The translations under genes were made by a program, and so were the position numbers. 64,000 nucleotides of DNA, from assembly GCA_030324005.1 (NCBI GenBank), contig JARDVH010000001.1:66166622-66230621 (forward strand), given 5' to 3'. Below the pieces are notes generated by a model, which had not been told where the DNA came from, did not search any database, and saw nothing but the letters and a program-made list of their open reading frames with translations. How positions within the stretch are numbered: position 1 is the first letter of the stretch; each line of letters starts with the position of its first letter. Positions 12,640 through 23,759 of the stretch are shown piece after piece. The stretch is from Negaprion brevirostris. Taxonomy: Eukaryota.

Positions 12640-13380
12640 ATAATCTGACTAAACCCATCCCTCACACAGTCCACTACGGAGATCTCAGGGGCTCCCCTCC
12701 CATCCCCAGATCATCAGTCCCTTCCCCCCTTTCCTCTTGACAACGGACCCTGCCCCATCCCCTCAGCTGATCATCAACTCTATCCCTCTTCCACCCCCAA
12801 TCCAATGGCCTTTGCTGGCATCCCCTGATCCTTCATCCACTTCCAGCCACCACCACATACAAATTAGATTCACCCCCTCAATGGGGCTCCTGCTGGCTGC
12901 ACCCTTTGTCACCAGTTGTCATTGCCAGGTTGGCACTGCCAGGTTGGCATGGTGCCAACTTAGCAGTGACAACCTGTGCAAAGGGCCAGTGCCAGAGAGC
13001 AGTGTCATGCCACTATCTAGCCATGTCCCTCTCCCTCGGGAGCCACACTTACCTTTACATCCCCAGAGAGACATCATGACAGGTTCACATCTGGGTGAAC
13101 CTGTTGTAAACAGTGCTGGAGTGATGTTATGTCGGCGCTGCATTTATATATGATGTGGGGGTCAATATCTGACGAGGGGCAGGTTAATAATATTGAAATG
13201 TATTTAAACTCATGTAAAGCAGGTTCACATCTGGTACAGGTGCAAATATGATGATGTCAACAGCAACAAGCAGGGAAGATCGAAAATCGTGATCTTGCCA
13301 ACAAGATTTGTGACTTTGGATCTTGAAACCCTGCCGGCATTTGCATGGACAGCAGACATGGGCACCAGATTGCTGCCAAA
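12640..13380. repeat. Non-autonomous DNA-transposon-like repeat (probably Harbinger-derived)
   Basis: C-rich tract and GGCACTGCCAGG/TGGCA motifs similar to 31130-31400 and 34092-34830; no coding signal. Confidence 0.4.
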
Positions 13381-13530
13381 ATCAGTTTCAAATTTTGACT
13401 GTGGTCTTTACAAAGTGTATTAACAATAATTAGCAGCTGAAAACTAGTACCAAATTCAAATATTTAAATAAAATGGTTTGATGGTAAATGAGAAATTAAA
13501 GAGGACAAAAGCACGAACCTTGTGACTCAC

Positions 13531-13587
13531 CGAAAGTGACCGCATGTCAAAGGGAGGGGAAGTCATTGCAGATGGTGCACTGGTTAC
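13531..13587 (-). other. Candidate isolated 57-nt exon (VTSAPSAMTSPPFDMRSLS)
   Basis: Acceptor tcatctttttcaag, donor TCG|gtgagt, only one of three frames open, non-repeat context. No homology recognised. Confidence 0.25.
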
Positions 13588-13835
13588 CTTGAAAAAGATG
13601 AACCATGGAACTATTTGGTGATCATGTTACCAAAAGTTGAGCCTCTTGAAGGCCATGGAGACGATAAGCAGCAAGAAAACATCAAAGTTGACATTTTACA
13701 GCTTACTGTTGGCTACTTTTAGCAGAATTGTCTTAGATTTTATGGGCAGAATAGAGAAACAACAATATCATTATATTTGTTGAATCTATTTCCTTATTTG
13801 AAAGGATAAGTACAAAATTTTCCTTATTCGAAAGG

Positions 13836-14150
13836 AGGTGGCACAGTGGTTAGCACTGATGCCTCACAGCGCCAGGCACCCTGGTTCAATTCCCAGCTTG
13901 GGTCACTGTCTGTGTGGAGTTTGCACATTCTCTCCATGTCTGCGTCAGTTTCCTCCAGGTGCTCTGGTTTCCTCCTACACTCCAAAGATGTGCAGTTTAG
14001 GCACATCAACCATGCTAAATTGTCCCTTAGTGTCAGGGGAACTAGCTAGGGTAAATACATGAGATTATGGGAATAGGGCCTGGATGGGATTGTGGTTGGT
14101 GCAGATTTGATAGGTCGAATGGCCTCCTTCTGCACTGTAGAATTCTATGG
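13836..14150 (+). mobile_element. HE1 SINE, near full length
   Basis: A-box-like TGGCACAGTGG, B-box-like GGTTCAATTCC, central domain, tail GGCCTCCTTCTGCACTGTAGAATTCTATG. Confidence 0.92.
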
Positions 14151-14321
14151 TAGCGGGTTAGACCTCATCTGGTAGAATAATTAACCTGAAGACATCTATA
14201 TAAGGTGATTGACAAGAGAAGCATAAACGATGTGAGATCTCTTTTATATATATGCAATGGGGTGTTATGGTTTGGAATGCACTGCCTGAAATGGAGATGT
14301 TCGGCAATCCAACATGAATCT

Positions 14322-14798
14322 TAATTTTTTTTGTTAATTCATGGCATCATTGGCAGTATTGCTGTCCCTAGTTACCCGAGGGCAGTCGAGAGTCAATCAC
14401 ATTGCTATGGCTCTGGAGTCACATGTAGGCCAGCCTAGGCAAATTTCCTTCCCTAAAGGACATACCAGCCATGACAAACAGTCACCTAGACTCGAAACAT
14501 CAGCTCTATTCTGTCTCCAGAAATGCTATTGGACTTGCTGAGATTTTCCAGCATTTTCCGTTTTTGTTTCAGATTCCAGCATCTGCAGTATTGTTCTTTT
14601 ACTTTAGCGAACTAAATGGGTTTTCTGACAATCCACAATGGTTTCATAGTCAAAAGTAGATTCTTAATTCTAGGTTTTTCTTTTATTGGATTCAAACTTC
14701 ACCATCTGCCATGACAGGATTTGAACCCAGGTCCTCAAAACATTAGTCGAGTATCTGGAATAATAATCTAGCAGTATTACCACTGGGCCATCACCACC
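14322..14798 (-). mobile_element. SacSINE1/DeuSINE-like SINE with an inserted Penelope-like fragment (~14465-14605)
   Basis: Reverse complement matches 6535-6832 and 27870-28565; the insert carries a degenerate hammerhead motif. Confidence 0.65.
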
Positions 14799-17700
14799 CC
14801 ATATTTGAAACAAAAACTTTACAGGGCTAATGAAAAAGAGCAGAGGATTGGGACTAATTGGATAGATCTACAAAAGACACAACACAGGCACTGATGGGCT
14901 GAATGCCTTTGTTCCATTCTATATAGCCCTGTGATTATAAGAAAAACAAATAGCATTTATATTGCACCTTTAATATAACAAGACAATCAAAAGATCTTCA
15001 CAAATACATAAGACAAAAAAGCAGATGAGACTGAAGTAGGAAAATAAAATTTTATCTGAAATAAGTTTAAAAAGAACCCAGCGAGAGTTACCGCTGTTGC
15101 ATTAATTCGGGATGTAAATAAACAACAAATTAGCATTAAAGCATGAGCACCTGAGATTTGATTCTGCAGCCTTACCTGACTCCATGACCATATCTGTTTC
15201 CATATGTGTTATCATTGAAATTTTTTGTAAATTGTTAAAAAAACAGACTTACATTTTTGCAGCACCAATGTTTTTGATCTGCTTTACATTATTATATTTA
15301 AATATTAATAATTTGACAATGAATTGAGTAGTTTGTGGACTGTTGATTTTCCTTTGACTGAATTACAGTTTCAGGCAGCTTTGTAGTTTTAATACATTCT
15401 TTTCAAATCCATTAAATGAGACTTGAGTGCAAACTATTATTAAAGGGAAAAGATCACTTATTATTGGAGAATTTATATTGGTTTAAGGACCAGTTCCATG
15501 AGTGTTGAGTGCAGCGACCATCATTTTCCCTTGATGTGTTCCCTGTATGTGTCACTCCTTTACCCCAGTCCAACGCCAGCATCTCCATATCATATGTCAC
15601 TCCCCACAGGGAGTACATAATTAGCTCCTGAAGCAGCTGGATTCAGCTTGCTTTGAAACCATCTCTAAATCACCACTATAGTGAACTATTTCCTCCTTCT
15701 AAATCATTACATAAGCGGGAAAATTTCATTACTGTTAAAGGGCGCATTTGTGCTTTCAGAATACAGTTATGATTTTTCTAGGAATAATGAATATAAGTAA
15801 GCCAGAGAATGGGTGGACATTAATCCCAGCGTAACTGATGAGATTGACTCACCAGAAATATTATACACTGACCCCAGTGAAGTGAAACTTCCTTCACTTT
15901 AATATAAAAAGGATAGCAAGAGTTTTTATAAATATATAAAAAGGAAGAGGCTGGCTAGGGTGAATGTTGGACCCTTAGAGGATGAGAGGGGGGACTTAGT
16001 GGTAGGGGATGGGGAAATGGCTGAGGTCTTGAATAACTTTTTNNNNNNNNNNNNNNNNNNNNNNNNNNNNNNNNNNNNNNNNNNNNNNNNNNNNNNNNNN
16101 NNNNNNNNNNNNNNNNNNNNNNNNNNNNNNNNNNNNNNNNNNNNNNNNNNNNNNNNNNNNNNNNNNNNNNNNNNNNNNNNNNNNNNNNNNNNNNNNNNNN
16201 NNNNNNNNNNNNNNNNNNNNNNNNNNNNNNNNNNNNNNNNNNNNNNNNNNNNNNNNNNNNNNNNNNNNNNNNNNNNNNNNNNNNNNNNNNNNNNNNNNNN
16301 NNNNNNNNNNNNNNNNNNNNNNNNNNNNNNNNNNNNNNNNNNNNNNNNNNNNNNNNNNNNNNNNNNNNNNNNNNNNNNNNNNNNNNNNNNNNNNNNNNNN
16401 NNNNNNAAAAGAGTCTGTAAAATGATACAGACAGGTCAAGCGAGTGGGCAAAAATATGGCAGCTAGAGTATATTGTAGGAAAATGTGAACAATCCCACTT
16501 TGGTAGAAAGAATGGAAAGGTAGAATATTATTTAAATGGAAAGCGACTGCAGGACCATAAGAGCTCTATGCTACAGAGAAATGTAGTTCCTGGTAAATGA
16601 GTCACAAAAAGTTAGTATACAGGTGGTGTTGACTGCAAATATAAGGAAGTATTATTTATTTATTATTGTCATAAGTAAGCTTACATTAATACTGCAATGA
16701 CATTACTGTGAAAATCCCCCACTATAGTTATGAAGGGCGTTGGTGAGCCCACATCTGGAGAATTGTGTACAGTGTTAGTCTCCTTACTTACGAAAGGTGT
16801 TGTGAGGATGTGCATTTTTAAAGATATAATTTCTAATTCTTCTTTTTCTGGTTGAATTTTTCAAAAAATGTTAATCCTGTTATGACAATGCAGGGCTGCC
16901 AGCCAGCCACATTACACCTTGTGGGATGAAAAGGAACAGACACTCAATCTCCCAAGGAATGTGAGAGACCCCCATCTCCTGTTGACTTTTACAATATCCT
17001 GAAACTTTCAAGAAGTATTTGCGATGAGACTTTAAAATGCAGTTAACTGCTCTAAAAACAAGGACAGCAGCAGACACAGATTAATTGAATTCCTCCAGAA
17101 TATACAACCAACATGACTTTAGGAGCTGTTTATCAAGCCAGAGAGATGAGAGATCCCACCCTGCATTGGATGGCTGCACAAAAACTGCCTCGCTTTTTCT
17201 CTGGAAAGTATTGTGCCCAGATTTTCAAAGTACCCCCCCTGAGAAGAGAAATCTACTGCAAACTAAGACCTTTGGGGGATGGAATCTACTCCATAAAACT
17301 ACACCCAGAAATGCCACTCCTTTCAACCCTTGTACCATCTACTTCACAGATCCAAGCTCCCAGCTGCCAACCTCTTCACCCTGGCACAGGACCAGGCACA
17401 GGACAGTTAACCATAAAACACTTTGTGTTACCGTCTTCATGAACTGTAAAAAAAACTTTAAGCCCATCCTATCATTCTATCATCTGTGCTAGTGTGTGTA
17501 TGAGCCCAAGAAATGTGTATAATGTATGAATGGCAGTAGTGATTTACCTAGATTTTTTAAATTTGTGAAGTAATTTCAATCAACTTGTTTTTTGTTTATG
17601 CTCAGAAAACCAGTTTGATTAATTCTTTATAACCTGAAAGCATAAAAAGGGGGAGTCCTGCCATATTGGCAAAGCACATCCTCACTAAATTTACAAAAAA

Positions 17701-17918
17701 CATCCTGTTGTGGTCAGAGCTGGAATGGTCAAAAAGGGGTGTCATTTTTACCTTTCCACACATGGTTATAACAGAAATCTGGGGGGTAAAATACACAGGA
17801 GAATTGGAGGACAGAAAGTAAATTGTTCCATAGAAACAATTTATTTTAAAAAAAACTGCTGCAGGTGTTTTGTTGGGTTTGCAGTACTAAAGTCAAAAAT
17901 TCCCACATTCAAAACCAG

Positions 17919-18380
17919 TGGCCGGGATTCTCCCAAAACAAAACTAAGTGACCAACAGTCGGGAAAACAGGAGAATTTCCCACCCCTTTTTTTAGGCGTG
18001 TTTACCTGAACGAATCTCTGACAGTCTGAGCACTGCAAGAATGCCAATAGGGTTCAAGTTGAAAAATGGCAGTGAGGCCTAAGCCTTTCTGAGAAACCGG
18101 CATCAGTGTGCAGAGCAGGCCACTCCTATTGTGTCAATCTGTCAGTGGGAAGANNNNNNNNNNGATCAGCGCATGCACACTGCCCCCTCCCCGACCTTCA
18201 ATCGTTAGCCTCCCCTATGTTCCTGAACCCCCCGCCCCGATTGCTTGCCTTTCCCCCTACCCCCGATCGCCAGCCTTCCCGAACCTCCCCCCACCCAACC
18301 GATTGGACCGCCTGGCCAGCCCCAATCTACCATCCCAATGGCCAGCTTGAGCCCCTGATAGACCAGCCCTGATCGCACCC
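17919..18380. repeat. MITE/non-autonomous DNA transposon inside the Gypsy internal region
   Basis: Starts GGCCGGGATTCTCCCAAAA. Homologous to 44331-44730 and 59671-59830 (shared GAATCTCTGACA...GCACTGCA). Confidence 0.6.
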
Positions 18381-18619
18381 TCACTCTTTCCTCCACCAAT
18401 CCATAACTTTCATCTGTTGCAGAAAAATACTGGCTGTTGAACCAAATAATGAGAGGTCTGCCCAACTGTGTGGTGTACCTGGATAACATACTAGTATATA
18501 AAGAATTTTCAAAAAATGGGAAATAATGAGATTCCTAGGGATGTGTGGTTTCTGTTGTCCCAACTTATTCACCTAGCCGCCTCACCAATTACAGAACAAA
18601 GCAAAGATAGAGAGATGCC

Positions 18620-19030
18620 AAACAGCTTATAAGAAGCTTAAAGGCATTCTGGCAAACAAAGATGTTAGCAGCGCCAGAATTCAACAAAGCATTTAAAGTA
18701 GCTATTGATGCTAGTGACGCTGGAGTAGGGACTGCCCTATTCCTGCTTCTAGTTTCTACGTTATTCCAGGCAGATGAATCAGGCACAGAGAGACCACAAG
18801 TATTTCTCCAACAAACACCAAAAATGTGATTGATTATTAGCTCTCAAACACTTTGGGATGTATGTACAAAATGGCGACACAGAGACCACAAACAGATCAC
18901 AATCCCTTAGCATTTGTCAAAAAGTTCAAATTTAAATGCAAAACTATTTGAGTGGAGTTTGCTCCTCCAATCATGTCACTTAAGAAGTGCTGTACATTAT
19001 AGGGAAAAATCTGACAATGGATGCTCTGTG
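18620..19030 (+). pseudogene. Gypsy pol RNase H remnant
   Basis: Translates with frameshifts to LAAPEFNKAFKVAIDASDAGVGTALF...ALKHF...TDHNPLAF...KLFEWSLLLQ, matching Ty3/Gypsy RNase H (DAS..G.G; TDH.PL; W.L.LQ). Confidence 0.85.
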
Positions 19031-19710
19031 CAGAGTTTAAAACCTGCAATGGAACATCAACCTAAACCTCAACTGAACACATCTAAGAGAGTAGAAAGGA
19101 AGCTATAAGAATGTAGATGAATGCATATGTACGGGTCTGTTTATTCTTCTGATTATTATTTGTGTTTTTTTCCCATTTTTGTAGTACAATAAGAGTGGAT
19201 CTCATTTCAGTCAAGTGGTGTGGAAATGTTACGAAGATGCACTTTTTAAAAAATCAAATACTATTTCTTTTTTTGGCCCAAGTAAAAAAAAATTAAAAGT
19301 AAATTAATCCTATTAAGATGATGGAGGACTGCTTGCCAGCTACAGCATAGAAGTTGTATTCTACCAAATGGTATGAAAAGGAACAGACACTCATACCCCC
19401 TGGGGAGCATGAGAGAACCCATCTCCTGTTGGCTTTTAAATAATCTTGAAATGTTTGAAAAGTCCCAAGTTGAGACAAAAAAACATGCAATTACCTATTC
19501 TAAAAACAATAATGGCAGCAGACATGGATTAACCAAATTCCTCTGGAACATGCAGCCAGCAGGACCGTAAGAACTGTTAACCCAGCCAGAGATATCAGTG
19601 ATCAGAATACTGTACTGAAAGGCTGCAAAGCTTTCTCTTTCACTCAAGGGTACTGTGTCCTGATTAACCTGAATCAGTAATTAACCTGAAGAAGAATGTA
19701 CCTTTGTTTA

Positions 19711-20016
19711 GGGGTGGTACGGTGACACAGTGGTTAGCACTGTTGCCTCATAGTGCCAGGCTTCCAGTTACTGTCTGTGTGAAGTTTGCACATTCTCCCT
19801 GTGTGTGCGTGGGTTTCCTCCATGTGCTCTGGCTTCCCCCCACAGTCCAAAGATATGCGGGTTAAGTTGATTAACCATACTAAATTGACCCTAGTGTCAG
19901 GGAGATTAGCAGGGTAAATATGTGGGGGTTACGAGAATAGACCTCGGAGGGTGATTGTGGTCACTGTAGACTCAATGGGCCGAATGGCCTCCTCCTGCAC
20001 TATAGGGATTCTGTGA
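19711..20016 (+). mobile_element. HE1 SINE inserted in the 3' LTR
   Basis: Full head-to-tail HE1; absent from the equivalent site in the 5' LTR (~17254). Confidence 0.9.
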
Positions 20017-21078
20017 TACTGCAAACTGAGGTCTTTTGGGGATAAAATGTGAAAATCTGTGTCATACAACTACACTCAGGAAGATAGTTGAACAAAATGG
20101 CCACAACATGGAATCATCACATTGAGACAGTCAAAGGACACTAACTGTATACTCACTTATTTTATCTTCTTCACAAACTGTAAAATATCTTGAAGCCCAT
20201 CCTCTTATTCTACACTCTGTACAGATATGTGTATGGGCCCAAGGAATGTGTGTGACTTATGAATGGTGATTGCACTTTATCTCATTTTGTTTTTATTCAA
20301 GAAGTAGTTTCAATAAACTTATCTTGTTCTTTGTTTAAACTCAGAGAACTTAGCTGAATAATTCTAGATAACCAGAGAGCATACACAGTAGGACTCATAC
20401 AGTTTTATCAAACCACATCCTCTCTAAATTCACAAAAACTCTGTTACAGTGAAACCTGGAATGGTAGAATATAGTGGATGCATGGTAGACTAAAAGTCAT
20501 TTTCCCCCCTCCTCGCGTGGTCATAACAAAATATATCATTGCCATTGTCGCAGTTTGGAGAAGACTCACTCGACTGATTCCCAGAATGAAGGGATTATCT
20601 TATGAGGAAAGATTAGACAGGTTGGGTTTGTATCCACTGGAGTGTGGAAGAATGAGAAATGATCTTATTGAAACATATAAGACCTTAAGGGGACTTGGGA
20701 AGGTGGATGCTGCAAAGACGTTTCTCTCAGGAGAGAGATTAGAACAAAGGAACATAGCTTAAAAATGGGATCTCCCATTTAAGATGGGGATTGGAAAATT
20801 TATTTCTCTCAGAGAGTCATTAGTCTGTGGAATGCTTTTCCACAGAGAGCTGTGCAGGGTCATTGAATATTTTTAGGCCAGAGTTAGATTGATTCTTGAT
20901 TGACAAGGAAGTCAAATGGTACAAAGAGGTGGACAGGGCAGTAATGCTGAAGCCTCAGTCAGATCAGCCATGACATAATCAGATGATGAAGCAGGCTAGA
21001 GGGGCCAAATGGCTTCCCCTTAATTCTTATGTTCATACGCCCATAAAATAACAGCAATGAACAGCTACCAATGAGATT

Positions 21079-21170
21079 GAAAGAGAAAACATTGAAAAAC
21101 CTGCTGAGATTTTCCAGTGTTTTCCCTTTTGATTTCAGATTCCAGCATCCACAGTAATTTGCTTTTATTT
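21079..21170. mobile_element. Short Penelope-like fragment flanked by a 16-bp direct repeat
   Basis: AGCTACCAATGAGATT at 21063-21078 and 21171-21186. Confidence 0.7.
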
Positions 21171-21586
21171 AGCTACCAATGAGATTACTGGGGCCCAGGC
21201 AATCTTTCTGTTACGTTTACCATGTCACAAAAACAAGAACAATTGGCACTTCTGCAATGTTTCTTATGGAGACAGATGATTGAGAACAGTTTATGGAGCA
21301 GAACAGAAGGAGGTACAAGATGGGTTTAAGGTTGAGAATACAGTCAATTAAAAGAATGCTTCTGAGGGCAGGAAGGGAGTTGAAAAGGTAGAGATGATGA
21401 GGGTGATATACAAAGTGACCAGAGAAAATTCTACCCCTCCCCCAAACCCTCACCCACCCCCACCCCACCAGTCTCCATCATCAACATTACACTGTCACTT
21501 TGGGAAAGTTTAGTCCTTTAGATTGTATCAGCTTTTATTCAACTGTAATCAGAATAAATCATTTATAATTTTAGGAAGTCAAACAA

Positions 21587-21808
21587 TGTGCAGGTTAGGT
21601 GGATTGGCCATGATAAACTACCCCTTAGTGTCCAATAATGTGTCGGTTAGGTGGATTAGGCATGGTAAATGTGTGTGGTGACAGGAACAGGGCAGAGGGG
21701 AGGGCCTGAGTGGAATGCTCTTTCAGAGAGTCAGTGCAGACTCAATGGGCCAGATGGCCGCTTTCTGCACTGTAGGGATTGTAAGGTTCTATGGATTCTA
21801 TTCTATGA
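21587..21808 (+). mobile_element. 5'-truncated HE1 SINE
   Basis: GTTAGGTGGATTGGCCATG...TCTGCACTGTAGGGATT followed by an (ATTCT)n-like tail. Confidence 0.8.
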
Positions 21809-22695
21809 TATAATTGGCAATATCATGATTTTCACATTCTGTTGATGATGTGTACCTGAACTCTCCACTTGTTGAATCAGGATTGACAAAGCATGCGTTA
21901 AGTTATGGAAAATATGCTTCGGTAACTGCCAGAGCCAACCTGGATAGCTGTTTTTGTTACAGCTGTTTATTCAAGTTGTTATATCGCATAATGTACAAAG
22001 AACTATAATAAGCTATCAATAGAGTGCTTCAATTTAGTAATGCAGCATTTCAAAACTAAAATATAGTGTAAAAATACAGAGGTACAATATTTTAAATAGT
22101 ACTAATGAGTTAAATAGTTTCATAGGTGCATGTATTTATAATTCATAAATACACTAATAGCTGTCTTAACAAGCACTGTGAATCATATTGATGTCACAAA
22201 CCTGGCAGCTGTCGCACCATTAACTTTCCCTTTTGTCAACAGTCACTGACTGTGAAGCTCTTTGAGACATCCAAAGATGTGAAAGGTATTAGATATTTAT
22301 GCATGTTCTTTAAAATGCATGCTACTGAATGAAATTTTAGAGCAGGTTCTTCAAGGAACTCTGGCAACTCCAACTGTTCAATAACGAAGAGTTCAATCTA
22401 TCACCAGTTAAATGAATAGTCTGTATCTCACAATCAATAGCACTGCAAACGAGATTTGTTTACCTCTATTGGTGCCAGAAATAATTATATTGTTACTAGA
22501 AGACCTNNNNNNNNNNCTCATGTGATCTCAAAGTGAATCAGAGAATATGCAATTTTTTAACAGAAACATTATCCCATGTAACTTCAAATTTATCATTGTA
22601 TATTCCCTCAAGGCATTGTTCACACACACATACATCTATGGCAGAGAGAATGGTGTGAAATTCAGGCAGTGAGAGCCATTGTTACCTCAATGTAT

Positions 22696-23528
22696 TATTA
22701 TGATGCAGAGGTGATTTTCCCCTCTGCGCGATTTTAGCAACCACCCAAAGAGGCATACCTCACTTTGTAATCTTTAATGAGATAGTAAGAAGTTACTGGT
22801 TTTGGTAAGTTAAAACAGGATCTGACACTCTCTATCATGAATAGTTAACAGGTCTTTATTTTAAAACTGGTGACAACCTTATTAAAACAATTAATAAATT
22901 GAATAGGCTCACCAGTAGAATGCTCTTTGAATATTACAAGACTCATTAAGGAATGATGAAATAAATTCTTATAGAATATAATCACTCTCAAATAATATAA
23001 CACCAGGCATCCATTGGAAGCATGAACTTTCTTCTGATGCTTCTGTCTGGAACACTTTCTCTTTCTCTTTAGATAGTGATTTTCTGAAGATATATATTAA
23101 ACTGCAGGATCATATATGAGAGCCTCGCCTCTCCCTCCTTCTGACTGAAGAGGTGACAAACTTACTCCAACAGTTACTCCTCCTTGTCTGGGTTCATATA
23201 CCTGGAATTACCTCACAGTATTCCTGTGATCAGAGTGGCTTGAGGCTATCAACAAACCTTACGTTTGAATTCCATTTGTCCTGTGTCTCTGCGTGCTTGC
23301 TTTAAACTAATTGGTTCAATTCAAAAGCCTGTTTTGCTATGTTGGAACAGACTTCTGCTTTGGATACAAACATTGCAAACCTGCTGCAATTTAAAATCCA
23401 CAGAAAGACACCTGCTTTTTAAAGGGACAATACTATATGATTTCTTCATTTGGTTTTATCATTTCTTTTCAATATTTACATTTGTCAAACAATACATTTA
23501 ATAACCTTATACATGCAACTTCATAACA
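22696..23528. mobile_element. Solo LTR (Gypsy-like), 833 bp
   Basis: Termini TATTATGA (one mismatch to TGTTATGA) and TCATAACA. Exact 4-bp TSD GTAT at 22692-22695 and 23529-23532. Confidence 0.7.
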
Positions 23529-23759
23529 GTATGACCTGTGTTTTCCTGCCACCACTCATACAAGATTGCGATTAGGAAATGAGATATGTGTCCCGAGTGA
23601 ATTTCCCTCCCTTCTGCAATATATTACTTATTACTGCTTGTTATTAGGAAGCTGGCAATCACCCAATGAAATGGTGGTCCCACCATTCTTCTGGTCCCGT
23701 TCTTAAATGTTATTATCGTAATTGATTGTGATTGTGGACTCCAGAATTAGATGCAATGG

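Larger units (their letters stand above)
16798..20528 (+). mobile_element. Internally deleted Ty3/Gypsy LTR retrotransposon with two LTRs
   Basis: LTRs at 16798-17773 and 19227-20528 share colinear blocks (ATGAAAAGGAACAGACACTCA, CCCATCTCCTGTTG, AAGCCCATCCT). Termini are TGTTGTGA..TTATAACA and TGTTACGA..TCATAACA. Internal RNase H remnant present. Confidence 0.85.
15899..21030 (+). mobile_element. CR1 LINE (ORF2 to 3' UTR) interrupted by a Gypsy element at 16798-20528
   Basis: NVGPLEDERG...MAEVLNNF upstream. ...TCCTTACTTACGAAAGG resumes after 20528 into RLIPRMKGLSYEERLDRLGLYPLE and then the 3' tail. Confidence 0.85.

Noticed and set aside
13836-13910. tRNA-like sequences with A and B boxes (here and at the other SINE heads)
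   Set aside because: They continue into the HE1 core and tail, so they are SINE heads and not tRNA genes.
17085-17492. 135-aa and 109-aa overlapping ORFs
   Set aside because: They fall inside the 5' LTR and are not preserved in the 3' LTR.
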